From positions 868,001 to 932,000 of the forward strand of contig CAJFCJ010000002.1 in assembly GCA_904063045.1 (NCBI GenBank): a stretch of DNA of 64,000 bases, read 5' to 3'. Shown piece after piece: positions 42,701 to 54,284 of this stretch; position 1 is the stretch's first letter; each line of letters begins with the position of its first letter. A program made the position numbers and the translations under genes. The notes under the pieces are model-generated. The model did not search any database and had not been told where the DNA came from. It saw nothing but the letters and a program-made list of their open reading frames with translations. The stretch is from Dimorphilus gyrociliatus. Taxonomy: Eukaryota; Animalia; Annelida.

Positions 42701-43079
42701 TAGATATCATAGTTATGAACGTCTTGATGTCCAGTTGTGTAGGGCAGCTTTTTTGGCATGGTGCGTCAGCGCATTTCAGACAACGGGAGGCTTCTTTCAG
42801 TGCTCCCCTTTCACTTAGCGTTGTATGCTTAATATCATCAAAATTTTTATTTAATGAATCGCACGTTGAACAATCCTTGTCTTGATTTCTTTTCCATTTT
42901 TTTTTAATCTTTTTTGTGTCATTGCTGGGAACATAATTTGCGTATTTTCTAATTCTTGGATTTAAGGCCAAAATATTCTAAACGAGATAAATATATTTCA
43001 TTTTATAGGTAAGAATGCGTTTGTTACATATATGTGTTATACTTACTTCTATATCAGGCGGTTCCTTACTCAAAAGCAT
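39789..43079 (-). CDS. DPYD: Dihydropyrimidine dehydrogenase (NADP+)
   Basis: Three exons 43047-43079, 42696-42977 and 39789-42548 give 1024 aa. Motifs: [35 protein letters not shown], and C-terminal ferredoxin motifs CINCGKC and CTGCTLC. Confidence 0.98.
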
Positions 43080-43153
43080 CGTTGTTCTGTTTCCCTTGAA
43101 CGCTCGCTATCGACTACTTGTCAAGTTTAAAGATGTCAAGGTCGGTTCATTAA

Positions 43154-43167
43154 GCGCCATCTCCTGG
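43154..43167 (-). promoter_or_regulatory. CTCF-like motif CCAGGAGATGGCGC
   Basis: Near-consensus; between the TREX-like gene and DPYD. Confidence 0.6.
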
Positions 43168-43350
43168 TACTGACATATAAATTACGGTACAAAGATCAAT
43201 CAGTCGAGATGAACTTTACGTATTTACCCTTAAATAATGCAAAAATACATCTTTTTATTGACTTGTAGTTATATTAACAATAAAAAGGTTAACCAAAAAG
43301 AAAGAAGATTTAAGACTACTAACAAAAGTTAAACAGAAGCCAAAGGATAT

Positions 43351-44442
43351 TCAAGTTTGTGAAGGAAAAACACCATCTGGTAAAGTCGAAATTTTGACGA
43401 ATTCAAATGATTTTATATCTTTCCAAGAGCAAATAAACTCGTTGAGAACTTTCCAGAATTGATCAGGTGCTTCATGTATTAATCTACACAATGCTATACA
43501 GTCAGATTCTGCCGAATGAGCGTTCTGAATATCCTCTCCTGTTAAAGTTTTATAAAGACTCTGAAAGGAATAGCTCTTGTTATGCACTTGTATAACTACT
43601 TAGAAGTAATAATATTCATCATATTCGTGTTTTACATTTAGGGCACAGGATCTTCTTTGTTTCTGCCCAGAGGCCTTGCTTTCATTTTTCTGGTTAATTG
43701 AGTCTAATGTAAAAGATATAAAATAAAAGCCATATCATTTAAATAATACAATTGACAATACCGAATAGGGATTGGTCAATATTTCTTGCTCCGTGAAATG
43801 CAGATGGCTTAAAGTCAGATTCCTTGTTAGATTGATTATAAATTTTATTAAATATCATTAAACTGTCTACGCAAATGAGATCTTCTGGAAGTGATGCACC
43901 AATGTAAAATAATTCAGTTTTAATTAATTTGAAGTCGAATCTAAAGATTGTAGAAGTCGAGTAATTTCTTTAGATAAGAAAACGATATTAAAGAAGGGGC
44001 AACCTAAATCCGTTGTGTGCTATTAAGCAGACAGGAGGCAATTGATTAGCGATGAAAAGCTTTATCAGTTCCGCATGGTCATTTGAAAATATTTTTTTAT
44101 CGTACAAAATATCATTATAAAGGCCTAGAAAAAAGTAGTGTTTAGAATTTATCATTTAAATTAACTTATCAATATGAATCTCACCGGTAAGGTTTGACGC
44201 TTCAAAAGATACATTTCTCCGGGGATAAACACAGAAACTTAATTTGTCTAAAACTCTGAACCAGTTACTATCAGCACTCTTGATAAATTTTACAGGTATT
44301 GCAATTGCACAGAACTCTATTAACCTTGGTCGATCTTAAAAACAAAGAATATTGCATTAGGTTTGTAAAGTAATTGAGAAAAACCTAAATCTGTTGCTTC
44401 CAAATCTATTACAATCATGGTGTTAAATCGAAATTGGTCCAT
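43351..44442 (-). CDS. TREX1/TREX2-like DEDDh 3'-5' exonuclease
   Basis: Exons 44385-44442 (ExoI IDLEAT), 44185-44334 (RVLDKLSFCVYP), 44004-44124 (PVCLIAHNG), 43762-43940 (RFDF..CVDS), 43636-43703, and 43351 to about 43575 (ExoIII HSAESD). Confidence 0.88.
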
Positions 44443-44706
44443 AGTTTCATAAAAAATATATTAATAGTAATTTTTTTAGTAGGGATAACAGATTAAACTG
44501 TCTGCTAAGTCACATGACATACTTGAAAAAGTTCGCCAATTAGATAATAGATGTCACCCTTGCATTACGCGCTCAATTGGAAAGTGATTTATTCTATAGC
44601 TTCCTTAAAAGTGTTAAAGCAGAAAATATGCTAATGACTCGTATCCTCAAAAACTTTAGAATAAATCAATAAAACTTTGTTCGTTGCACATGTATCGTTT
44701 ATACAA

Positions 44707-44727
44707 ATATATATATATATATATATA
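44707..44727. repeat. (AT)n microsatellite
   Basis: About 10 perfect AT units upstream of the TREX-like gene. Confidence 0.9.
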
Positions 44728-45053
44728 CTGTATATTGGAAGTGTTTTAATAAAAGTGTTATGAACAAACTGTCGGCAGGCTACGTTTGCCGAAAGTGGTC
44801 GGCATTGCGTTTGAAGTGAGCTTATATCTAGCGGAATTTCATTAGACGTCTGAAAGGTGTTTATATTTACAAGCGTGGCCCCTGTTTAAATTTGGATTAA
44901 AACTCTTTAACTTTACCGTTTACTTGTCACAAAACACCCTAGTAAAAGGTGTATACATCTGCTCTTTTACTTTAACGCCTTTACACTGAATAAAGATATA
45001 TGTTGTAACTTGATAAAATTTGGCGCTAAAAAACTTAGGATGACGGCACGAAC

Positions 45054-45061
45054 TGACGTCA
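45054..45061. promoter_or_regulatory. Palindromic CRE (TGACGTCA) in the TREX/Wnt5 divergent region
   Basis: Exact consensus seen in the sequence, in a locally GC-richer stretch. An NRF1-like CGCATGCGC lies at 45612-45620. Function is unproven. Confidence 0.35.
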
Positions 45062-45799
45062 TTCCGTTGGCGCCGATCAATTTGGCGGTTTGTTTAAATC
45101 AATCTATTTGTTATTTCAGTGTTTTACAGACCGTTTGAAGGATCTACTGCTCTCAGCGTGGTGTTGGGACTCAATTGGTTCATTGGTGCATTAAAATTTC
45201 CGCAGGCAAATTATATTGTCTCTTTTGTCCACGTTTATTGTGTATGTGGTGCAAAACGTCTAATCACAAAATACTATTTTGCCTGCGGTTGTATTTTATC
45301 TCGATATATATAATACACTGTGAGCTGTAAGATTGTTTGCATTATACAGTACAACTGCTTTCTTTCAACAAAGCTCTTTTCAAGCAGAAAGTATTACGTC
45401 TACCTTATGACAGCGTCTAATTTTGCACAAGGCTTTAACACTGACACAAAGACTACCTGCTTGTTGTAGACTTTCCACATAGTGGAGTGGTAAATTCTGA
45501 CTAACGGGTATTCATAGATCTAGTGTCCGCTCCCTAATTGTCTCTGGTTATAATTATATATCAGTTGAATAATGAGCAACTGTCTATCCAATCACCGTGC
45601 TCTTCACTTCACGCATGCGCAGTAGGTGACTTAAATAGGCTTAGTTGGCGAGTTCACGCGTCGCAAACATCGTTATTTATTCGTTGTGCTACAAATCGCG
45701 GATAAGTTAGAGCGGAAAGTGAGCGAAACGAGTAAACGAACTTTGTAAATACTTTCACCGACTAAAAGGATGAGAGAAGTTCTATAAATTATAGAGACA

Positions 45800-47053
45800 A
45801 TGATGAGTTCTCAGAATATCTGCTTCTTTCTCACATTTTCTTTGTGTTTGTGGTCGAGTTTGTCCAAAATGAGATGGTTCGTACTTGTATTGTTTTCCAT
45901 AAAAGCTTTCGCTTTGTATTATTTCAGTAGTAGTTTTACATTTCAAACTGTATTAACTAATTTCAAGCGCGTCAAAGAATTTTATCGAAACTGCGCAAAG
46001 TTTATAAACTGCGTTCATGAAAAAGTTTTATGTCTTTTAATTAATTTTAAACTATTGCGTTTGTTGGAATCTAGGAATGTTGTGGATAAAATGCAATTGC
46101 TGAAAAACCATGAAATGTATATTCTCGGAACAACTCCAATGTGCACGTATATCAAAGGTTTATCACCTGGACAAGTGAAAATGTGTCAGTTATATCAAGA
46201 TTACATGCCGAGCGTTAAGCGAGGCGCAATGATGGGAAGAAATGAATGCCAGTGGCAATTTCGAACGAGTCTTTGGAATTGTTCGTCGATCCATGACGAC
46301 GACGACATATTCGGATCAGTAACGGACATACGTTAGTATAATTAAACTAATTTTCTTCTACATTGAATTCCCACGCACCCCAATAAATAACTATTACCAA
46401 TTTTATGGCTCTTTTGGAGGATCGATACCATTACAACTGCGTGTTCTTTTATCTCAGTCTTGCGTAATATAAGCAAACATAAAAAGCATAGCTGCGCGTA
46501 AATTGTCAAATCGCTCGTTGTAACCGCCCCGAGTAAAACACCTGTTTGTAATGTTATCTTTGCTCCAAGAACATTCTACAGCTTATATTTTTTTCATACA
46601 GCCAGCAGAGAAGCTGCGTTTACTCATGCAATAACTTCGGCGGGTATCGCACATACAGTTAGTAGAACTTGCGCAGAAGGAAGATTATCAAAATGCCACT
46701 GTTCAGAAAGAGAAAGACCTAAGCATCTAAAGAATCAATGGATGTGGGGAGGTTGTGGAGATAATATTGATTTCGGATACGACTTTGCTGTTGAGTTCAT
46801 AGATATTCGTGAGACGGAAAAGAACCATCCTAGAAAATCTAAGGAACTCTCACGCATGCTCATGAACGTTCATAATAATGAAGCCGGAAGATTGGTATGT
46901 TTATCTCATTTCAAATTCTTTTGCGCGTGTTAAAGGTGATCAATTTCAAACTGATCTTTCAACTCGTCGGATTTACGCTGATGGAAAGAATTGGCTGTAG
47001 GATATTGAAAAATGTTTGTAGCTACAGTTGTTTGCCACCGGCTATATATGTGC

Positions 47054-47095
<42 letters not shown>

Positions 47096-47984
47096 TATAT
47101 CATATACATACTATATATATGGGTGCATGCTTGTGTTATACATTATATATTGTATATATTATACTTAGAATTTTATAAGCATGCTACTTTCATACGATAC
47201 AAGCAACACATTTCCTGTATATATATAAACGATATATCAACTGCGCGTACCAATAATTTTTGTCCGAAAGCACCCGCTCCTATGGCCATATATTTTAGGG
47301 TCACTCGGTCGTATTTCACTTTATGGGCTTTACTTTTTTGAACAACTTAACCTTTTCCCCACGAACCCATTTATCTCCCCTTCCCATTTATCTCGTTGAT
47401 GACTTTGCCAAGCTGAGGCGATGATTGGGGAGGATAAGAAGAAATTCTTTCTTGATCATTCTTATCATCGTACGCGCTCATCAACTCTCTAAGTAAACGT
47501 ATTTTATATTTTACACTTTCAGGCCGTAAAGAATCACGTTAGAATCGCCTGCAAATGTCACGGAGTTTCAGGATCATGTAATGTTAAAACTTGTTGGTTT
47601 CAAGTTGAACCTTTCCGAAGTATCGGTGCTCGTTTAAAAGAGAGATATAAATTTTCTACCCACATGCGATTCAATAAACGTGGAACAAAACTAATGCCTT
47701 CCCTTCCTTCCTTGCCGAAGCCGACAAAGGAACATCTTGTCTACTTGCAGGATTCACCTGACTACTGCGACACTGATTTATCTAAGGGATCTTTAGGGAC
47801 GACTGGAAGAAGGTGTATAAAAGGCGACAAAGGAACAAGCGGGTGTCGAAAAATGTGCTGTGGTAGAGGTTATAAGAAAAAGTTGGTTAAAACAACTGTT
47901 AGATGCAGGTGTAAATTTCAATGGTGTTGTTTCGTCAAATGCGATGAGTGCTCCAGGATCAACACGGTCTATGAATGCAAATAG
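45800..47984 (+). CDS. WNT5: Wnt5 ligand
   Basis: Exons 45800-45876, 46075-46331 (LSPGQVKMCQLYQD..ECQWQF..WNCS), 46602-46894 (SREAAF, WGGCGDN, MNVHNNEAGR), 47523-47984 (CKCHGVSGSC, YLQDSPDYC, CKFQWCCFVKC). EMYILG and ETEKNHPRKS resemble the Wnt5 subfamily. Confidence 0.92.
47056..47092. repeat. (AT)n microsatellite
   Basis: About 18 perfect AT units in Wnt5 intron 3. Confidence 0.95.
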
Positions 47985-48086
47985 GACTGCGTGCTTTTCT
48001 TAGTTTTTTTGCTGTGCTTGCTCTTTGTTTCAGTTTGTAATGTAATACTGTACATACAGTTATAATACATCTATTATTTCGAATAG

Positions 48087-48100
48087 TAGCGCCATCTGTC
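48087..48100 (-). promoter_or_regulatory. CTCF-like motif GACAGATGGCGCTA
   Basis: About 100 bp past the Wnt5 stop, between convergent Wnt5 and the nAChR-like gene. Confidence 0.5.
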
Positions 48101-49026
48101 GAATACAACTTGTTTGCGAGTGGTATAGTGTTTGTGACTCCAATATAATAATTTTTATATTTATATTCAAGTTTACAAAGTAACGTTATATTGGTTTTTT
48201 TACAGCATATACATAAATTCAATTTCAAATATACTGTATATAAGTATATGTTACTGGCAATAATAGAGACTCAGCATTATCATATAATGCCTACACAATA
48301 GGGGAAACTACCCATGAAACAGATAAAATACTAAAAAATTTTAAAATGAATACATTACTAAAATATTAAAAAGACCGTGGCAATTTCATAGTTTTACAAT
48401 TGACTTGGCAGTGTTTTGATAATAATTAGTTCGCCAGACGTTGCATCATTTTATACTTTTCCAGAGATCATATTTCATATTTATATCATGATGGCTTTAG
48501 TGATTACTGTTGAATTGGCTGCAAGTTTACATGGTTACAGTTAAAAAGTAGATAAGATATGATATCTTTTTCACCCACACACCTTTTGCTAATGAAAATG
48601 TAACTGCTTGATAAATTTGTATATTGACTTATTCAAGAGGACAACTCAACTTGTCAATTAATTTCACTTATCATCTAGGCATTACATGATTCGTCTATTT
48701 GCCGGTAACATATTTAAAAAGGGTGAAAATGGTCATAGCGAAAACTTTTGCTGTAAATACAATTTTGTAAGAGAAGTATTTCGTCGATAAAAATTATTAA
48801 GTGTTCAGCTTTAACTGTATTCTAACTCTTTCGCGTTGAATATTGTTGATGTTACTGTATCTGAAATACTTTCGGTTGAGTTTTGCTGCTTCCACTTTAG
48901 AAAATCAAATATATATTTATATTAAATATTGGCATTTTGAATTTTGATCTAAAACAATTTTTTCGCCAAATATATTATTTTTTTACCTGTGTGATTAATA
49001 TTATTGATAAAACTGAAGATTCGCAA

Positions 49027-52000
49027 TCAAACTGTGTGGAATGGAAAACGAGCCTTAAAATTCCTCGTTAGAGGATGAAATAAGAGGACGCTTATTGCAA
49101 TGATCGTGATCAAGAACGTCCAAAAAAACAGTCTGTCAACAACTTCAGCTAGGGCATGCCACTCTTTGGTATAGTCCTCTTCTGCTTTTTCTGCGTCAGG
49201 CTTGTTTTCGGATTTACGGACGTAAATAAAACTTGTTTCCTTTTCGGTATTTGTAGAAGATGATGCAGTACAACCATTTAAGGCAATGATAGGAACTTGT
49301 TCATCTGTAACATCGCATTCGTCTCTCAAAGCTCTTATTGGGCTAGACATTCGATGGAATTGCCGTTTATGACCAATATTATTTCTTTCTTGTTGCTTGA
49401 TGTCGAGAGGAGAGCAAACACAAAAGAGTTTAGCCAAAATTTTTAAAAATATTATATTGAGGCATCTTGGGACTGGTCTATCGGTGATAGCATGCAGATT
49501 AAGTACGAGAACTGTCAATACCATAGATAATGTAGTGACCGCCATCGTACAAGTGAGATATATACCTGTAAAGAAAAAGATAATTAAACGATCAAATTCG
49601 CATCATCTACTGGCGTAGTATTGCAGAGGAACGTGCGATGAATGAAGACGACGAGTGGGCGAAACGATCCAGAACAAGTATTTACACGGTAAATAAAGAG
49701 TGGAGACTGAGCGGTGAGAGATAAGACATCTCAATAGTCAAATCAATCTCCGCTATAAAAGACTAATAACGGCGCTGATCCGACGAGAAAAGTTGGTCAG
49801 AGAAGCAGAAACGAGATTGTCGGAAGCCGGACGTTTCCTCCGGGGATACCCCGTCAAACGATCGTCGCGCATGAGTTGACAAGAAGGCTTACCTAGGAGG
49901 GGAATGTGGTCAGACGTCTTGGGAATACTGTCGGTGACGTTTAGTAGAAAAATGCGGAAGGAGAGGAGGACTACGACGCCAATTTGAACTTTCTGACCCG
50001 GGGGGCAGTAGAAGATGGAAAGGAGGAGAATACTGGTGACCATTGATGGTAAAATGACATTCATTACGTAAAATGTATAACGTCGTTGCATTCTTATCCA
50101 AAAAGCGATGTTTGAAAATTTTTCAGTAGGACAGCATTCATAGAAGAATTCGTCTCTCCAAACAGTTGTATTTAATATTTCCCACTCACCATTCTTCTCA
50201 TAACTGTCTAAGTTTACGATATTTTCCATATTGGTCAAATTCATTTTGCTTGTATGGTAGGACCAGGCACCAAAAACCAGTGAACATTGCTGCTCATCAA
50301 AAGGAAAATAGGTGATGTCTATCTCGCACATGGTCTTGAATACTCCACCGGGCTCCCATCGAACTGCCCCAGTCTGATTAATGATAGCGCGAAATTCCCG
50401 ATAGTCACCGTAGATCTCTTCCGCTCTGCATGTAAAGTTATATAAACAAAACTATCAAGCGCGAAATAATGCATGCAGATACGAATTGACAGACGCTGGT
50501 TCCCTGACTCTATATTTTGGTGCATATTCAATTATACAATAGTAAAGTCACTTCTGTGAACGTTTTAAGATATACGTGTGTAATTTAACGATTTTCTCAC
50601 TGAAATACGGACCACGCCTATTCAAGATTGATCTACGCCTCGTGGGAATCCCTTACGAAACGCTCCTCTTTATTGCCTTCCTTCTTTACTGGCAAGTGTT
50701 ATCATTGCGTTTACTTTGCAGGGTAAAAGTGACGGAGTGGCGTCATTCCAGAAGAAATGAGGTCAAATAGGAATTTGCTTAGACCGGTCTTATTTGAATT
50801 CTCTGACTAATGTCGATTGCTTTATATTCGTATACGTGCGAAATGCGAATTTAATACAATACCAACCCATTTATAACGGCAAATTCAGGAACCTATAACA
50901 AAAAAGTTATTAAACTCATTCATAAACTTTGATCGCTTTTATCATCATTTTACCCATAATTTTTTTGCTTCAATTACAAGTTCATCTAGATTATACTCGG
51001 AAGAATTCCATTGTAGTCTTTCGTCAACCCACTCCTGTTATTGAGTATAATTGAAAAATGTGATAATTTCAATATTATATGGCTGGTTCGTAAAAAATTT
51101 AAAAATATCGTCTGGCACATACAAGGATTAGCAGTCCCGTGGCTGTCAGGATTTGGCTTCTCACATCCTGAAAAGGCAACACTATTACTTTGAATAGGTA
51201 TAATGACAACGAGGAAAGTAGTCGCAAAAAATATTCATTGCACGTCCGGCGTCTTATATAGACGCTTTTCGACGCCTTTCTATTAAGCCTATACGGTGTG
51301 TGAAGCGAAACTCGAAGCTATAGTATTTCGAAGGGAGGGAATCACGAAAGGTGTCGTGCGCAAATTCGAGAAGCGACTTAATTCGCTCGTAAAACTAGGA
51401 AAACTTTACGAACACTCAACTATAATTGCTACAGTATTCATGCCTAACTATACTCTGTATCGAGTGATGAGAGTTACCAATCGAAATATCGGCTTATCGA
51501 TGAAAAACGTTTATTGTGCATATTTCGTTGCATGCGCGTGCAATTGATTTTGAAAACAATACATGTTGTACGTGTTTTATATACAGAGGGCCGTAGTTTA
51601 TCTTTTCGCATATTTCCGAGTGAGCTTTCCTTGTTGAAGTTCTAAATAGAGGAAATCTAATACACTTGTAAATTATGTTCATATGCTTAAGAGCTGCGGA
51701 ATTTAGTCAATTTCGATTATGGAAAAAGATACGTGCTTTTCGGGCCAATTACTGCATCTACAATTCTTTTGTCTAACATCTAGACACGAACCGTTTTTTT
51801 TTGAAAAAGAGGAAAATGAAAGAGCTTTTTTTTAAATGTCAAGCTAACGTTGAGCCGGACAGTGGTCACTGCCGTCCTCCGGCAATTCGATTTAGCTGCT
51901 CTTAATTTCAATATTATAGAACGCCTCGACCGATTGCACTTGGCAGAAATCGCTAAAAATAATATTATGCTCAAATCGACGCCGTTCCTCGTCAAACGCG

Positions 52001-52319
52001 ATTCGACGTTGGCAAACATCGCGCTTCTCCAATAAATATCATTATGTGCTGAACGTAGAAAGGAATAATTACCAATTCCTGCATATGAAGCAAGGAGAAC
52101 TGCAAAAAAAGAAATTTTATAAATCTTTATAACGGTATATAAGGTGCTTTTGTTGTATGCATTAGATATAGACTTTAGCACTTACTTGCATAGCGACTGG
52201 TACCGTTTTATTACTATCGATCACAGGTCTGGCACTCGGATTGTATTCCGCGAAAAGATAATGAAGAAGTCTTTCTTCGTCCGATCTCCTTGATTTTACT
52301 TCTTCCGCTTTTGTTGCCC
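49027..52319 (-). CDS. Divergent nicotinic acetylcholine receptor alpha-like subunit (Cys-loop channel); signal-peptide exon unresolved
   Basis: Exons 52186-52319 (EERLLHYLF..YNPSARPV), 52073-52099, 51123-51167, 50954-51034 (EWVDERLQW), 50867-50892, 49893-50425 (Cys-loop CEIDITYFPFDEQQC, vicinal YECC, M1-M2), 49027-49565 (M3, intracellular loop, M4 VDRLFFW). Confidence 0.92.
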
Positions 52320-54211
52320 CTAGCCAACAATTTTTTCAATTACACTTGACAAACGATGACGCAACTTCGCTTTTGATCGATTACATTGAAGAAATTGTTT
52401 ATAAAAGGAGTGCAAAAGAGCGTTTACACTCTTCTCTATTAACATATATAATGTCTCCGATTCGCCGGGCGTCGAGAAATCATATCGATTATGCTATCCG
52501 CGCAAATTACACACTCTTTCTTTTCTATTTTTTCTCTCCCTATCATATATACTAATATATATATAGCGGGGAGTGTGAGCCGCTTGTTACTTGCATATGA
52601 TAAATAAGACATATAACATAGGACAAAAACAGAACACATAGTAAACTATATTTATATGCCATATATTTTATAACATAAAAAAGAAATATATATATATATC
52701 TGCCTGATATGTATATATATAGTTTATTTCGTCTTTTCTCTATGTATTTTCAGAATGTATTGTATATATTAATGTATAGTTTTTTTTACAGAAAGGGAGA
52801 AAGAGACAGAATGAGACATACTGATAGACATGATCGAACCGAGAGAATACACATAAATGCATACTATGCATATTATATGAAGTGTATATGCCGTATACGT
52901 ACTCTTAATATACATATTTGAGAGAAGGAATTCAGTCGTAACTACCGAGGCAATTAAATGTGAATAATTAATAATTGTCGGATACAGATAAGACGCAAGT
53001 GTTGCCGACGAAACTTATTGATGGTGATGAGTCGGTGATTTAACGATCGAAAAATGGAATAATTCTGCATATTGACCAACGCCGAATGGAAAAACTGAAA
53101 CAAAACTAACGACTGTATCGCTTTTATACATTAGACGCCCTGATTAAACATCGTCTGGTTTTCTTTCACTGGCACTTCTGTAGGACTTCATATTAGAAAG
53201 TTGTGAGATTGCAATCTTTTTATACCACAAGTGGTACAAAGTTACTGAAGTTAGTGATGCAAAAAACTGTCGTTCAATAATACGTCGAACGTAATTAATG
53301 AAAGGCAACATTTAGCTAATTGACTAGGCATTTGGGTCAGTAAGTCATACACACTTATGCTTTTTTTATAAGTGTTTTCATAAATATTTTTGCTATGCGA
53401 GATATGAACTTATGAAATATGTGTTGTGTAAGTTAGTTATAATTTCACAATCTGATTAGTGTCGAGTCCGATTGATTACGCCAAACCATTCGATTTCAAT
53501 TGCTCAAGGGACTATGAAGTTTTGCAAAGTTCCCTTTATTCCATCAGCCTCAACCTTTATTCATTTTATCGATTCTTATAATTTAGCAACATTAAAACAT
53601 TTTCCTCTAGCTTTCTTTTGAAATAGTAGATTTAAATCATCGCTTTCTCCAATGGAGCTATAACTTTGCTATGCCTATTTCTTAATAGAAACCGCTATGG
53701 TGTCATAGAATTCTTCTCTAGATTTATTGAATGTTCTTTTGGAACTTCATTGTAATATTACATTTATCCAGAGAATCGTAACAACCTAAAGAAGCTTCTG
53801 GTACCTAATTATGAATCTAGATCTTATCATCCAACAAATGTTCGTATTTGTGCACGTATAAATTTTGCGGTCTATGACGAATTAAAATAAGAAGGTATCA
53901 TTAAAAGCTACATCTTACACTTTTATGAACACATTATTTTGTTAACGATCTCTCGTACATTTTCATCGGGACATACGTAATAAAATAGACAAAAAAAAAC
54001 AGCCTAGCCAAACACCAACCTTTGCTGTATATTTCTACAGAGAATAAGCATATCCAACACCAAAGTGAAATGGAGCAGTACATATTATTATGATTTATAT
54101 AAAATAACAGTTTATTTCATAATTGATTTTATCCTCAACACAATTTTTCCGCAAACTTGTCAACGGATATTGTCGACCGTCAAACTGTAAAGTGTTATTC
54201 GTTTGCGCTTT

Positions 54212-54284
54212 CTAGATGGTGCTGTTGTTTACCATGTAACTCTTCCCACAAATACGTGATAGCTTTACTGCTGTAGATGGCGTT
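54212..54284 (+). promoter_or_regulatory. Tandem CTCF-like motifs CTAGATGGTGCT (54212) and CTGTAGATGGCG (54271)
   Basis: Intergenic, between the nAChR-like gene 5' region and the Ubl gene 3' end. Confidence 0.5.

Noticed and set aside
41065-42885. + strand ORFs over DPYD
   Set aside because: Antisense shadows of DPYD.
43107-43160. Upstream ATG (MALNEPTL..*) before DPYD as a start codon or uORF
   Set aside because: It stops after 17 codons and the ATG is part of the CTCF-like motif. ATG 43079 gives the conserved DPYD N-terminus.
44772-44804. Alternating TCGGCA/TGCCGA/TCGGCA inverted repeats as an ncRNA hairpin
   Set aside because: Stems are only 6 bp, with no tRNA, snRNA or miRNA hallmarks.
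51780-52181. 133-aa - strand ORF inside the receptor gene
   Set aside because: It overlaps the 27-nt microexon in a different frame and has no family resemblance. The receptor is complete without it.
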